This document shows positions 8,786 to 17,816 of a DNA stretch of 22,918 bases, piece after piece; position 1 is the stretch's first letter; every line of letters begins with the position of its first letter. The notes below the pieces were generated by a model. That model was not told the origin of the DNA, searched no databases, and was given only the letters and a program-made list of their open reading frames with translations. Source of the DNA: Simkaniaceae bacterium (GTDB lineage Bacteria; Chlamydiota; Chlamydiia; Chlamydiales; JAJFMI01); the NCBI GenBank assembly GCA_040880145.1, contig JBBDIZ010000036.1:1-22918 (forward strand), written 5' to 3'. The translations under genes were made by a program, and so were the position numbers.

Positions 8786-10957
8786 TTAGATCGACTCAGT
8801 AACGTTATCGGATTTAAAAGGTGAAATATCAAAAAGAGGTGAGATCTCTTTAATGAATTCTATTCGACTCTCATTTGAGAGTTTGTCACTAAAGACAGAA
8901 AGAGCAGACATGGTTCGAGTCAATCGATGAGCATCGACACTTCGGTTGCGGATTAACAGGGCCGGTGCAAATATCATCCAAAGAATAAAATCTCTTTCTT
9001 CTTCACTAAAGGAACTTTCGTTTCCCATCATTCGTAAGAAGGCAAAGAAAGAGACACTCTGGAGCTGACCGACATCGATGGAATCTTTACAGGAAAAGCT
9101 CACTTTCGTTGGCTTAATCCATTCGATAAGCTTAAGGGACAAAAACCAGTATACGATTTCGATAAAGTCGAGGCGATTTTTTTGACTCAATGTTCGGTCT
9201 TTATTAAAAATATACTTATGAATTATTTCGATGCTATTTTTTGTGAAAGCTCGAAGCTGAGTTTTTTTGATTTTTTTTGGGAAGAAAAAACCACAATCTT
9301 CTCCGCTTAAAATTTGATCGAGAAGCTGCTTTTTAAACTCTGCAGCCTGATTTAACTTTAGATACTCTTGTTTCTGATTATAAAATGGGGTGGATTTTGG
9401 TAAGGATATCGTGGTTACTAAGTCCCCATATTCTTCTGATAGATTTTCTAGGACACTCACTCTTGCATGTTCTTCCCAAGAAGTTCGATCTTGAAGGTTA
9501 ATAATCAGCAGTTTTTCTTGTTTCTTCTGCTTGATCACCTCTAAAAAACCCTGAAATTCATAGAGAAGATCTGCCTGATCGATCATTTCCTGATAGGTTG
9601 GTGATGGAAGCCTTAAACAATCGATTGGATGTTTCCCAATATGAAGAGCGTATAGCTTCGAAGGATGATTTTGAAGCTTAAAGGGATCAAAGCCGATCCG
9701 CTGCTCTTTTTCTTCAAAGAGATCTATCAATAACATTAAGGGCCCATTTGGGTATTTTTTTAGAAGATTTTGAATGTTTTCTTGATAGTCTAAAACTCCA
9801 TTCCAGAGAGAAAGAGGCGCAAGCCCCGGCCTTTGAAAGGCTTGATTTAAAGATCCTTTTTCTGCAAGAAGGTGAATCAAACCTAAGGTATCATCTTTTT
9901 TATCCACCGCTAAGTAAAGATATAGACAGAATCCTTCCATCATATTCACAGCATGCATGAGATGGCGATCCACATCTTCGCGATTTTTTTTCGATAATCT
10001 CAGATATTCCATGCTAATTAAACACTCTCGGATGTAATAGAGAAAATCTTGAAAATAATTAAGGCAGCTTTTTCCAAGTGTGTTTTGCAAAAGATTTCGA
10101 TGGTTGGATGATAGAAACAAGGATATTAAGGCTTTTGTAGATACTGTAATTAACTTTTGATTTTTAAATTTGAGAGCATCTTTGAGATAGTTTTTTACGA
10201 GAGTCTTTGATTTTTCTCTTATGGTTTTTGCTTTATGATGGGCTTCTTTATCTTGGATCAGGCGCACCTTTAAAAACGGATCTTCGCCTAAATGATGGGT
10301 AATCATCTCATCAAAATTCGTAACAAGCCGGATATGCCGAATCAAATTCCGGTTGAAAAAAGGCAGGCCATCTTCTTTTTTAATATAGAAAAATTCGTAC
10401 TTTCGATCCTTTCTGACTTGCTGAAGCTCTTTTAACCCCCGCCTTTTGATATCTAAAATATCTTCCTTGACCTCTTCTCCCCATTTCTCTTGCCAAGCCT
10501 CTTCATTTTCAACTTGTTTTTGAAATTTTTTTACAATTTTATCGAGATAAAAGGCGTGAAGATCTTTAAACTCTTTTGTTTCTGTGATATCATCGCTTTT
10601 ATGGGCCTTCTTAAAGAGCCCCGTGCAAGCGTTGATCTTTTCAGCAGCCTCACCGGCTAGCTGCATCATGGCATGGATTCCTTTTTGGGCATCAGCATCT
10701 TTAAGATAATCTTGATCAGAGCGATAGACATCTTTTAAGTACTCGTGAACTGTGCGAAAACTCTTCGTAACCGAATTAAAAGTCTTCTCTTCATCCTTTA
10801 AATCCAGCCACTCACGCCTTTCGCCTCTTAAAGCTTGGCCTTGTTTATAAAGATCTGCCTCCTCCATGAGAAGTTCCGGTTCAATCTCGGCCATGCTCGA
10901 AAGATTTTCAACTGCCTCAGATAGAGTCATTACCGGCTCTTCTTTCTTTTTTGCCAT
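8786..10957 (-). CDS. Large hypothetical protein with C-terminal phosphatase-like (degenerate CX5R) region
   Basis: 723-aa ORF with GGGGTG upstream. C-terminal half has CLRLPSPT, LIINLQDR...E..R...LE.L and SFSCKDSIDVG. The domain call is inference; the ORF itself is solid. Confidence 0.7.
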   Translation of the reverse strand: MAKKKEEPVMTLSEAVENLSSMAEIEPELLMEEADLYKQGQALRGERREWLDLKDEEKTFNSVTKSFRTVHEYLKDVYRSDQDYLKDADAQKGIHAMMQLAGEAAEKINACTGLFKKAHKSDDITETKEFKDLHAFYLDKIVKKFQKQVENEEAWQEKWGEEVKEDILDIKRRGLKELQQVRKDRKYEFFYIKKEDGLPFFNRNLIRHIRLVTNFDEMITHHLGEDPFLKVRLIQDKEAHHKAKTIREKSKTLVKNYLKDALKFKNQKLITVSTKALISLFLSSNHRNLLQNTLGKSCLNYFQDFLYYIRECLISMEYLRLSKKNREDVDRHLMHAVNMMEGFCLYLYLAVDKKDDTLGLIHLLAEKGSLNQAFQRPGLAPLSLWNGVLDYQENIQNLLKKYPNGPLMLLIDLFEEKEQRIGFDPFKLQNHPSKLYALHIGKHPIDCLRLPSPTYQEMIDQADLLYEFQGFLEVIKQKKQEKLLIINLQDRTSWEEHARVSVLENLSEEYGDLVTTISLPKSTPFYNQKQEYLKLNQAAEFKKQLLDQILSGEDCGFFFPKKIKKTQLRAFTKNSIEIIHKYIFNKDRTLSQKNRLDFIEIVYWFLSLKLIEWIKPTKVSFSCKDSIDVGQLQSVSFFAFLRMMGNESSFSEEERDFILWMIFAPALLIRNRSVDAHRLTRTMSALSVFSDKLSNESRIEFIKEISPLFDISPFKSDNVTESI

Positions 10958-10991
10958 ATTGATACACCCCTATTAATATTATTAAATATAT

Positions 10992-11015
10992 TAATTATTA
11001 TTTCAATAATAATTA
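10992..11015. promoter_or_regulatory. Perfect AT-rich inverted repeat, candidate operator
   Basis: TAATTATTATT-TC-AATAATAATTA (11-bp arms, 2-nt spacer), ~35 nt upstream of the 10957 start codon. Confidence 0.35.
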
Positions 11016-11021
11016 GGTGTT

Positions 11022-11810
11022 TTATTTAATAATCACTTCTCTAGTTATATTATTATAAGGGCCTTCGACAAATTGATTGTTTTTATCAATCAATTGAATA
11101 TTGATACTATGACTTCCTTTAGAAAGCCCGTAGATATAATAAGGGGACCAGTGGTCTATGTCTTCAATCTGTTGATTATCAATTCTTAAGCGAACCTTAT
11201 AGCCGTCTTCAGACAACTCTACATTTGTTAAGATAAAATCAAGCAGAATGGGGTTTGCTTTCTCCTCTTCGAAAATCCCCTGAGGTTCATTATAGGTCAA
11301 AAGCGGGCGGCTTGCGACAAAGCCAATCGTACGTTTTTTTTCACCCACAAAAAAAATCCGAGTTGAAAACGCTTTTGGAGCTCTCAACGCTTCACCGTAT
11401 GAACGAGCTAAATAAGTCCGCATTACATGTTCACCAGGAGAAAGATTCTGAAGCTCAAAGCTTATAATTTTGTCGTAAAAGGCTCGATCTTCATCAAATG
11501 AGTCCTCAGAAGCAACATACTTAGAAATAAAGGGGTTGTTATCGATAATAATACGAAGGGATTGGCCCATTGGATCATCCAAGAGACGTTTCGCTCGGTT
11601 AAATTGACTCATACTGCCGAGGGGATACCCATCCACTCTAATTTGAATAGAGACAGGATTGGAGCTTATAGAACCTGCTCTTGGAAAGACAATTTTCGTT
11701 TCTGCAAACTCCGGAAAAGGAGTCGGGCTTACCGGGACAATTCTTACCTGTGAAAAACAAATAAAAGGAAGAAATATATAAAATAGATTAATCGTAATTT
11801 TCTCTATCAT
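11022..11810 (-). CDS. Exported hypothetical protein with two repeated beta-rich modules
   Basis: Hydrophobic N-terminal signal-like stretch. Two similar modules (LRIIIDN..NLSPGEHVMR and VRLRIDN..GLSKGSHSIN). RPLLTYNEPQG and PILLDF.L.N..L motifs. Confidence 0.7.
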   Translation of the reverse strand: MIEKITINLFYIFLPFICFSQVRIVPVSPTPFPEFAETKIVFPRAGSISSNPVSIQIRVDGYPLGSMSQFNRAKRLLDDPMGQSLRIIIDNNPFISKYVASEDSFDEDRAFYDKIISFELQNLSPGEHVMRTYLARSYGEALRAPKAFSTRIFFVGEKKRTIGFVASRPLLTYNEPQGIFEEEKANPILLDFILTNVELSEDGYKVRLRIDNQQIEDIDHWSPYYIYGLSKGSHSINIQLIDKNNQFVEGPYNNITREVIIK

Positions 11811-13275
11811 AGTTTTTAAATGCCTGTCTACTAATAATTAATGCTATAATTGCTATTGCTACAGCTGTCAAGGTTGCAATCCCATAGGCATGCAAATTCG
11901 CCTCCTTATAAAGATTGACAATCAGCTGCTTAGTTGCTGAGGAATAAGAAGATAAATTTTTTATAGGGAGCTCTAATAGATCACTAAATTGGACATTGAG
12001 GCCCTCTTTTTCTAGTGCTTTTGAAAAATGCATTGAACGAATATTTGTGATAATGGAGCCAATAATCGCCACGCCAAAAGTCGCTCCCACATAACGCATG
12101 GTATTATAAATCCCGGAAGCCGCCCCTCTTTTACGAATCGGAACACTTGAAATGGTCGTCGTTGAATTAGCAGTTAAAATGAGAGGGATTCCAGCGCCGA
12201 AAGAAAAAAGAGAAGGAATAAGGTAGAAAATGGAGCCATAATCGAGAAAGAAGAAAAAACCCGAAAAACCAAAGATAATAAGAAGAAAGCCGGCAGTAGT
12301 GGGTCCTCTTGGCCCAAAACGATCCAGTAAGAGACCTGCTATAGGTGCGAAAATAATGACCGGGAGCGTTGAAATCAGTGTAATCGACCCCGCTTGAACA
12401 GGAGTGTAGTTTAAGTTTTTCTGGAAATAAATGGCCCAAAACACTGTCATCATTAAAAGAAATTGCGTAGCAAATACGATTAAATTCCCTGATATAAAAA
12501 GAGGGATTTTAAAGAGCGTTAAATCAAAAAAAGGATATTTTACAAAACGCTCTGAAAAAGGCAAAAACAGAGCCGAAAGAAAGGTAATCAAAAGCAAGAA
12601 AAGCGAAGGAGGCGAGAACCAGCCCCAGGTTTGCCCCTGCATAAAAAAAAGAATAACACTTGATAAGCCGCAAAAAAGAGCTATAAAGCCATAAAAATCA
12701 AAGGTATCTTCATTTTTTGGTGATTTTTCTAAAGAAATCAAAGCTAAAAAGACACCAGCTAAGGCAATGGGCAGATTGACCCAAAAGACCAAGCGCCATG
12801 AAAAGTATTGAGTTAAAAAACCTCCGAGAAAAGGCCCAAGTGAGAGAAAAAGCGAGCTAAATCCTACCATAATTCCAAGAGCCCGTCCCCGCTCTTTAGA
12901 ACTGAAAGTTTCCATAAGAAGCGAGAGGGCGGCAGGTCCCATGAACGCGCCCCCAACGCCTTGTAGTGTTCGACTGAAAATCAGCCACCCCCCATCTTGG
13001 GCGAGCCCCCCTGTTGTAGAGGCTCCGGCGAATAAAAGAAGACCTATGCAAAACAGCCGCCGGTGTCCAAAAATATCAGCAATACGTCCTCCGGCGAGTG
13101 CAAGAGAAGCTATTGCAAGAAGGTAGGCGTTAATGATCCACTGTAGACTTAAGTTTGAAATTAAAAGCTCTTTCTGAATAGTTGGAAGAGCTACGGGAAG
13201 AATCGTCGAGTCTAGAAAGATCATTGAAGTGGAACTTGAAATGGCAAGTAAAGCCATTACTTTTTTTCTCTTCAT
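11788..13275 (-). CDS. DHA2 (EmrB/QacA-type, 14-TMS) MFS transporter
   Basis: FLDSTILPVALPTI, LQWIINAYLL, motif A GRIADIFGHRR, R.LQGVGGA, GPFLGG.LT...SWR.VFWVNLPI, AASG..NT.R..G...G.AI. Confidence 0.93.
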   Translation of the reverse strand: MKRKKVMALLAISSSTSMIFLDSTILPVALPTIQKELLISNLSLQWIINAYLLAIASLALAGGRIADIFGHRRLFCIGLLLFAGASTTGGLAQDGGWLIFSRTLQGVGGAFMGPAALSLLMETFSSKERGRALGIMVGFSSLFLSLGPFLGGFLTQYFSWRLVFWVNLPIALAGVFLALISLEKSPKNEDTFDFYGFIALFCGLSSVILFFMQGQTWGWFSPPSLFLLLITFLSALFLPFSERFVKYPFFDLTLFKIPLFISGNLIVFATQFLLMMTVFWAIYFQKNLNYTPVQAGSITLISTLPVIIFAPIAGLLLDRFGPRGPTTAGFLLIIFGFSGFFFFLDYGSIFYLIPSLFSFGAGIPLILTANSTTTISSVPIRKRGAASGIYNTMRYVGATFGVAIIGSIITNIRSMHFSKALEKEGLNVQFSDLLELPIKNLSSYSSATKQLIVNLYKEANLHAYGIATLTAVAIAIIALIISRQAFKNYDRENYD

Positions 13276-13334
13276 AATCTTACCTCATACGCAAAAGTGA
13301 CATTTTTCTAAAGAAGTGATATCTTCTATCTCGT

Positions 13335-14186
13335 ATGAAACGATTAATTATTCTTTTTCTTTCTCTCTCGCTTCTCTATTGTATTGAGCGCTTTTGTCAT
13401 GAGAAAACCGATGGATTTGCGATTGAAAATATTGCATCCGGCGCCAAGGTTAAATCTCAAGCCTCCCTTCCTCCCTTTCTTGAACCCCTATTGAATCAAC
13501 CCTTTTTCTATCTAGATTCCGGGGCGCAAAGTTATGTCTTTATAAGCCAAGATCAGGAGTTTGTGCTCAAATTCTTCAAAAATCAACATTTACGAATCCC
13601 CCCCTGGATTGATGCACTGCCTCTTTTCGGACCACTTGGGAAGTATCAAAGAGCAAAACGAGAGAAAAAATCAGCCATCAAGCAGCAACTTATTGAGAGC
13701 ATTGATATTGCAGACAAATACTTAAAGGAAGAGACGGGACTCATTTACACCCATCTTCAAAAAACTCAAGGCCTCAATAAAAAACTCACTATTTACGATA
13801 AAATCAATATTTGTCATAAACTAGACCTCGATCAATATGAATTTTATATTCAAAAAAAAGCAGAACTTGCTTATTCTTATCTTGCCAAAACTCGAGACAG
13901 CAAAGTTCTTTATAAGCTTTTAAAGCTTATAAAGAGTCGATATGAAAAAAATATCTTTGATAAAGACCCCGACTTTGCCACAAATTTTGGTTTTATTTAT
14001 GACACTCCGATTCAGATTGATTTGGGACGATTCTCTATAATGGCACCCCCTCTATCTTCACTATTTTTAAAAGAAGAGATGATTCGAATCACACGCCCTT
14101 TTAAAAAGTGGTTGGAAAAAGAAAGCCACCCCTTCTATAAGGAGATTGATGCAACGATAGAGGACCTCTATGCCCCAAATCAATGA
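13335..14186 (+). CDS. Membrane-anchored/exported protein with protein-kinase-like motifs (paralog 1)
   Basis: N-terminal hydrophobic segment; YLDSGAQSYVF, FVLKFFK, IFDKDPDFATNFGF, IQIDLG. Confidence 0.65.
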   Translation: MKRLIILFLSLSLLYCIERFCHEKTDGFAIENIASGAKVKSQASLPPFLEPLLNQPFFYLDSGAQSYVFISQDQEFVLKFFKNQHLRIPPWIDALPLFGPLGKYQRAKREKKSAIKQQLIESIDIADKYLKEETGLIYTHLQKTQGLNKKLTIYDKINICHKLDLDQYEFYIQKKAELAYSYLAKTRDSKVLYKLLKLIKSRYEKNIFDKDPDFATNFGFIYDTPIQIDLGRFSIMAPPLSSLFLKEEMIRITRPFKKWLEKESHPFYKEIDATIEDLYAPNQ

Positions 14187-15078
14187 TTGGAAAAGTAAAA
14201 TAAGTGTAGTTTCTTTTATATTATTCGGATTACTCGCGCTTTTTGCTGTCGAACGCACCATTCATTCACTTACAGATGGGTTTACCATTTCTCGAATTAC
14301 GCCGGAAAAGAATAAGCTCCAATTGATTCCGAGTGAAGCCGAAACGCCTCCTGATCTACAAAAGATATTCGATCAAAAATTTCACTATATGAACTGTGGA
14401 TCAGAAGTTTATGTCTTTCAAAGTGAAGATCAAAATTACGTACTCAAATTTATCAAGCAACACCGCTATCAAATGCCTTTATTTTTCAATCTTCTCCCCT
14501 TGCCGAAGTCCTTAAAAAAGATCCGTAACACTCGTCAAACAAAAAAAAATCAAGCTCTTTTAAGAATTCAGCAAAGTTGTGTTTTATCGAGTACAGTTTT
14601 CAAAGAAGACACAGGAGTCATTTATACGCATATAGAGCCAACTGATCACTTAAAGAGTGTTGTCAAAATTATCGATCGCTCCCATATTGAGCACAGCATC
14701 AACCTAGATAAAGCCCAGTTTGTCCTCCAGAGAAAAGCAGAAAGCACAGCAGGGAAATTTCTAAAGTTTCGAAGTAACGAAGAACATGAAAAAGCAAAGC
14801 AAGCTTTTGATGAGTTATTGAGTCTTTCTGAAAAAAGAAGCCTCTTGGGTTATTACGATAAAGACCCGGATTTAATCAATAATTTTGGCTTCATTGGCAC
14901 AAAACCCATAGAGATAGATACAGCGGGCTTTTCCCCTTACTCCCATAAAGACCCTCGCCGTTTTTATTACAAAGAAATTCACAAAATCAAAGGAAAAGCA
15001 CTCCCTTGGTTTGAAAAAAACTACCCGGAAATTGCTGATTACGTGAATGTTCAGCTAAACTCTTTAATCGAAACCTAA
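14170..15078 (+). CDS. Membrane-anchored/exported protein with protein-kinase-like motifs (paralog 2)
   Basis: Clearly paralogous to 13335..14186 (shared TDGF.I..I, Y...G...YVF.S.DQ..VLKF.K, TG.IYTH, Q.KAE, DKDPD...NFGF, I.ID). 17-nt overlap. Confidence 0.65.
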   Translation: MPQINDWKSKISVVSFILFGLLALFAVERTIHSLTDGFTISRITPEKNKLQLIPSEAETPPDLQKIFDQKFHYMNCGSEVYVFQSEDQNYVLKFIKQHRYQMPLFFNLLPLPKSLKKIRNTRQTKKNQALLRIQQSCVLSSTVFKEDTGVIYTHIEPTDHLKSVVKIIDRSHIEHSINLDKAQFVLQRKAESTAGKFLKFRSNEEHEKAKQAFDELLSLSEKRSLLGYYDKDPDLINNFGFIGTKPIEIDTAGFSPYSHKDPRRFYYKEIHKIKGKALPWFEKNYPEIADYVNVQLNSLIET

Positions 15079-15255
15079 TAGCAAGCCGGAAAAAAACCAC
15101 ATCTTCCTTCAATTTTGATTTTCATAGGAGCGCTCCTTGGTTTGATGAGAAGATTTAATTTTTTAATGCTTCTGATCCCCACGGGTACTTTATGTGGATA
15201 GGAGCCTCTTTGCGAAGTATATCGATGTAATCGGTCACGGGGCGGCGTAAGCCCC

Positions 15256-15900
15256 CTAGCTTATAACGCGAATTCCGGAGCAACACACTGACCTTGCTCC
15301 ATTATTAGGTCCATCTTTTACCACGGCCTCGGTAACTATCGCTTCTTCATTGGTATTTCGGACACCTGTTTCAAATCCTTGACTGAAAGCTCCCTCGCTT
15401 AAAGCCTCATCATACGTCTCTTTACATATGGGATGATCGCGATCTGAACGAGTATAATATCTTAATATGCCCTTACGAGATGAAATGTAACCAATTTTCT
15501 CTGGAGGAAGTTCACGCCTATCTGGGCCATAAATAAATATTCTTATTTCAATATTTTTTGAAGTAAATGGATATTCATGAAGGTAAGGTCTAACATCTTG
15601 GTTATTGTTGATATCAGTAAGATATTCATTAATAGTATAAACAATGAGATCTCTAGCAGAGTTAAGATCTACCTCCTGATAATAATTAAAACTCATGGCT
15701 AGCATTTCTATTTTATACATCATTTGCCCACCAGTTCCTATTAAGACCAGTTTTTTTTTCTCTTTTAATTTTTTAGCAGTCTCTTGAGTGATTTGATTTA
15801 CAATTTTTTCGTCATCTGACAACTTGTACGTCATAGAGTTACAACCAAAGGCTAAAGAAATCATCAATAAAACCAATGAGAAATTTAAAAAACGCTTCAT
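15256..15900 (-). CDS. Putative Rhs immunity lipoprotein (paralog 3), with apparent C-terminal read-through tail
   Basis: Lipobox-like LAFGC. Shares EKIVNQIT.ETAKKL, LIGTGGQMM, AMSF.YYQEVDL, YPFT.KN.EI and ETY..A with the two upstream paralogs. ATGA overlap at 15897-15900. Confidence 0.75.
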   Translation of the reverse strand: MKRFLNFSLVLLMISLAFGCNSMTYKLSDDEKIVNQITQETAKKLKEKKKLVLIGTGGQMMYKIEMLAMSFNYYQEVDLNSARDLIVYTINEYLTDINNNQDVRPYLHEYPFTSKNIEIRIFIYGPDRRELPPEKIGYISSRKGILRYYTRSDRDHPICKETYDEALSEGAFSQGFETGVRNTNEEAIVTEAVVKDGPNNGARSVCCSGIRVIS

Positions 15901-16448
15901 TGACTTGAAGCTATTTCTTGTAATGCTCTCTCATAGGTCTCCTTATGGATGGCTCGTCTTGAATGCGTTTCAGGAAGATCTAGATAATAAGCCAAATTTC
16001 CATCAATAGCTGAGATATAATAGATTTTATCTAAAGGTGGATTAGAGCCATTTGGTTCAAAAACCCAAATTCTTATTTCAACGTTTTTAGCAGTAAACGG
16101 ATACTCATAAAGATAAGGTCTTATTTCTTTACTACCATTAATTGCTGATAAATATTCATTAATGATATAAATAATAAGCTCTCGAGCTGTTTTGAGATCA
16201 ACCTCTTGATAATAATCAAAGCTCATGGCTAGCATTTTTATTTCATACATCATTTGCCCACCAGTTCCTATTAAGATAAGGTTTTTTTTCTCTTTTAATT
16301 TTTTAGCGGTCTCTTTAGTAATTTGATTAACGATTTTCTCATCTTTTGACAGGCCGGTTGTTGAGGAATAGCTAAAAAAAGAAAATATTGCAATTATCAT
16401 GATCCAGAAAATATAAATAGGTTTCATTTCATACCCCATAATTTTCAA
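15897..16448 (-). CDS. Putative Rhs immunity protein (paralog 2)
   Basis: Immediately follows the orphan toxin tip. Hydrophobic signal-like N-terminus. Likely true start 16427 (MKPIY). Confidence 0.75.
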   Translation of the reverse strand: MKIMGYEMKPIYIFWIMIIAIFSFFSYSSTTGLSKDEKIVNQITKETAKKLKEKKNLILIGTGGQMMYEIKMLAMSFDYYQEVDLKTARELIIYIINEYLSAINGSKEIRPYLYEYPFTAKNVEIRIWVFEPNGSNPPLDKIYYISAIDGNLAYYLDLPETHSRRAIHKETYERALQEIASSQ

Positions 16449-17187
16449 AATATTTATTTATATGATATTGAATTACTGGTGCAAAAGTAGGGCTTAAGAA
16501 ATCATGATCAAAAAAACTGGCATCTGGATGGGGGTCAAGTATTGTTAATTCATCTCTGTGCCTCATCTTCCCAACAATATCAAAGTGGGTAACAAAATCA
16601 CACCTACTCATATAGTTAACAGAATCAATGAGATCCCCAATCATGCTATTTGATGCATTGTAAACCCCATAAACTTTCGCCCCTCCTGCATACCCACTTA
16701 AGTATTGTGCTTTTGCCATTGACTCTTCTTTTGTATTGGCTATTCCATTGACAAAACTGATGGCGCCATTTGGTAAATCAAATGAACCGACTTGAAAAGA
16801 TTCTGATTGGGTAAGATTATGGTCATAACAATAATCAGAAAGCCGATTTAAAGCCCCAACAGTTTGGCTATAACCGGTAATGTGATCTAATCCCGCAATA
16901 ACTGTAGGCTTACTTGTTTGATAAACATTTGAAGCAAATCGTCCATCGGGGTCGAAATAATTCACAGGATCTCCACTTGCATAGGCATATAGATCCATGC
17001 AGATAGGATGTCCAACGGGATCGGGGCTAATAAATCTTCCGGCTTTTGGATCGTAATACCTTTTTCCCATCAAGATAAGACCTGTGGGATCTAAGCTTTT
17101 GCTGTGCCAGGAGAGCGACTGTGCATAGGAGAAGAGGTCGGATGGCATCGATGGTTGATTCTGGGGGCCGTATGATGAGCAAATGCG
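16294..17187. repeat. Direct duplication, copy B (orphan cassette)
   Basis: 16294-16618 matches 17662-17986 (offset 1368) and 16619-17187 matches 18221-18789 (offset 1602). Five substitutions seen by eye. Confidence 0.92.
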
Positions 17188-17271
17188 AGAGATGTACTTC
17201 AAAGTCATGCTCAAAAAACTGACATCTGGGTGGAGTGCTAGGGTTCGCAATTGGCGATCATATTTCATCAT
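16429..17271 (-). pseudogene. Orphan Rhs core-end + toxin tip cassette with internal in-frame deletion
   Basis: Contains RYYDPKAGRFISPDP...DPVNYFDPDG, near-identical to the main Rhs but lacking 234 bp (78 aa, including CHSHG) at junction 16618/16619. No Rhs body upstream. Confidence 0.85.
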
Positions 17272-17816
17272 TTGAAAGAAATAGCCTCCTTTGCTTCCTC
17301 ATATGTCTCTCTATAAATTGCTGTTATAGTATGTTTGTCTGGACTATCAATATAGTAGATTAATTTGCCTTGATTAGCGGCAGCAATATTAATTTTTTCA
17401 GAAGCGGCGTTAGAACCATCCGGATTACGAAAAAAGATCGTAATTTCTATATTTTTTGCAGTAAATGGGTAGTTGAAAAGGTACGACCTTACCTCTTGAT
17501 TGCTATTAATAGCAGATAAATATTCCTCCACTGACTCAACCAAAAGTTCCCTTGCAGTTTCTAAATCAACCTCCTGATAATAATTAAAACTCATGGCTAG
17601 CATTTCTATTTTATACATCATTTGTCCACCAGTTCCTATTAAGACCAGTTTTTTTTTCTCGTTTAATTTTTTAGCGGTCTCTTTAGTAATTTGATTAACG
17701 ATTTTCTCATCTTTTGACAGGCCGGTTGTTGAGGAATAGCTAAAAAAAGAAAATATTGCAATTATCATGATCCAGAAAATATAAATAGGTTTCATTTCAT
17801 ACCCCATAATTTTCAA
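17268..17816 (-). CDS. Putative cognate Rhs immunity protein (paralog 1)
   Basis: Directly downstream of the main toxin tip stop (TGA-A-ATG, likely start 17795). Signal-like N-terminus; paralogous to the other two. Confidence 0.78.
   Translation of the reverse strand: MKIMGYEMKPIYIFWIMIIAIFSFFSYSSTTGLSKDEKIVNQITKETAKKLNEKKKLVLIGTGGQMMYKIEMLAMSFNYYQEVDLETARELLVESVEEYLSAINSNQEVRSYLFNYPFTAKNIEITIFFRNPDGSNAASEKINIAAANQGKLIYYIDSPDKHTITAIYRETYEEAKEAISFK

Noticed and set aside
15239..15256. GGGGC-N7-GCCCC hairpin as terminator
   Set aside because: Only a 5-bp stem and no adjacent U-tract on either strand.
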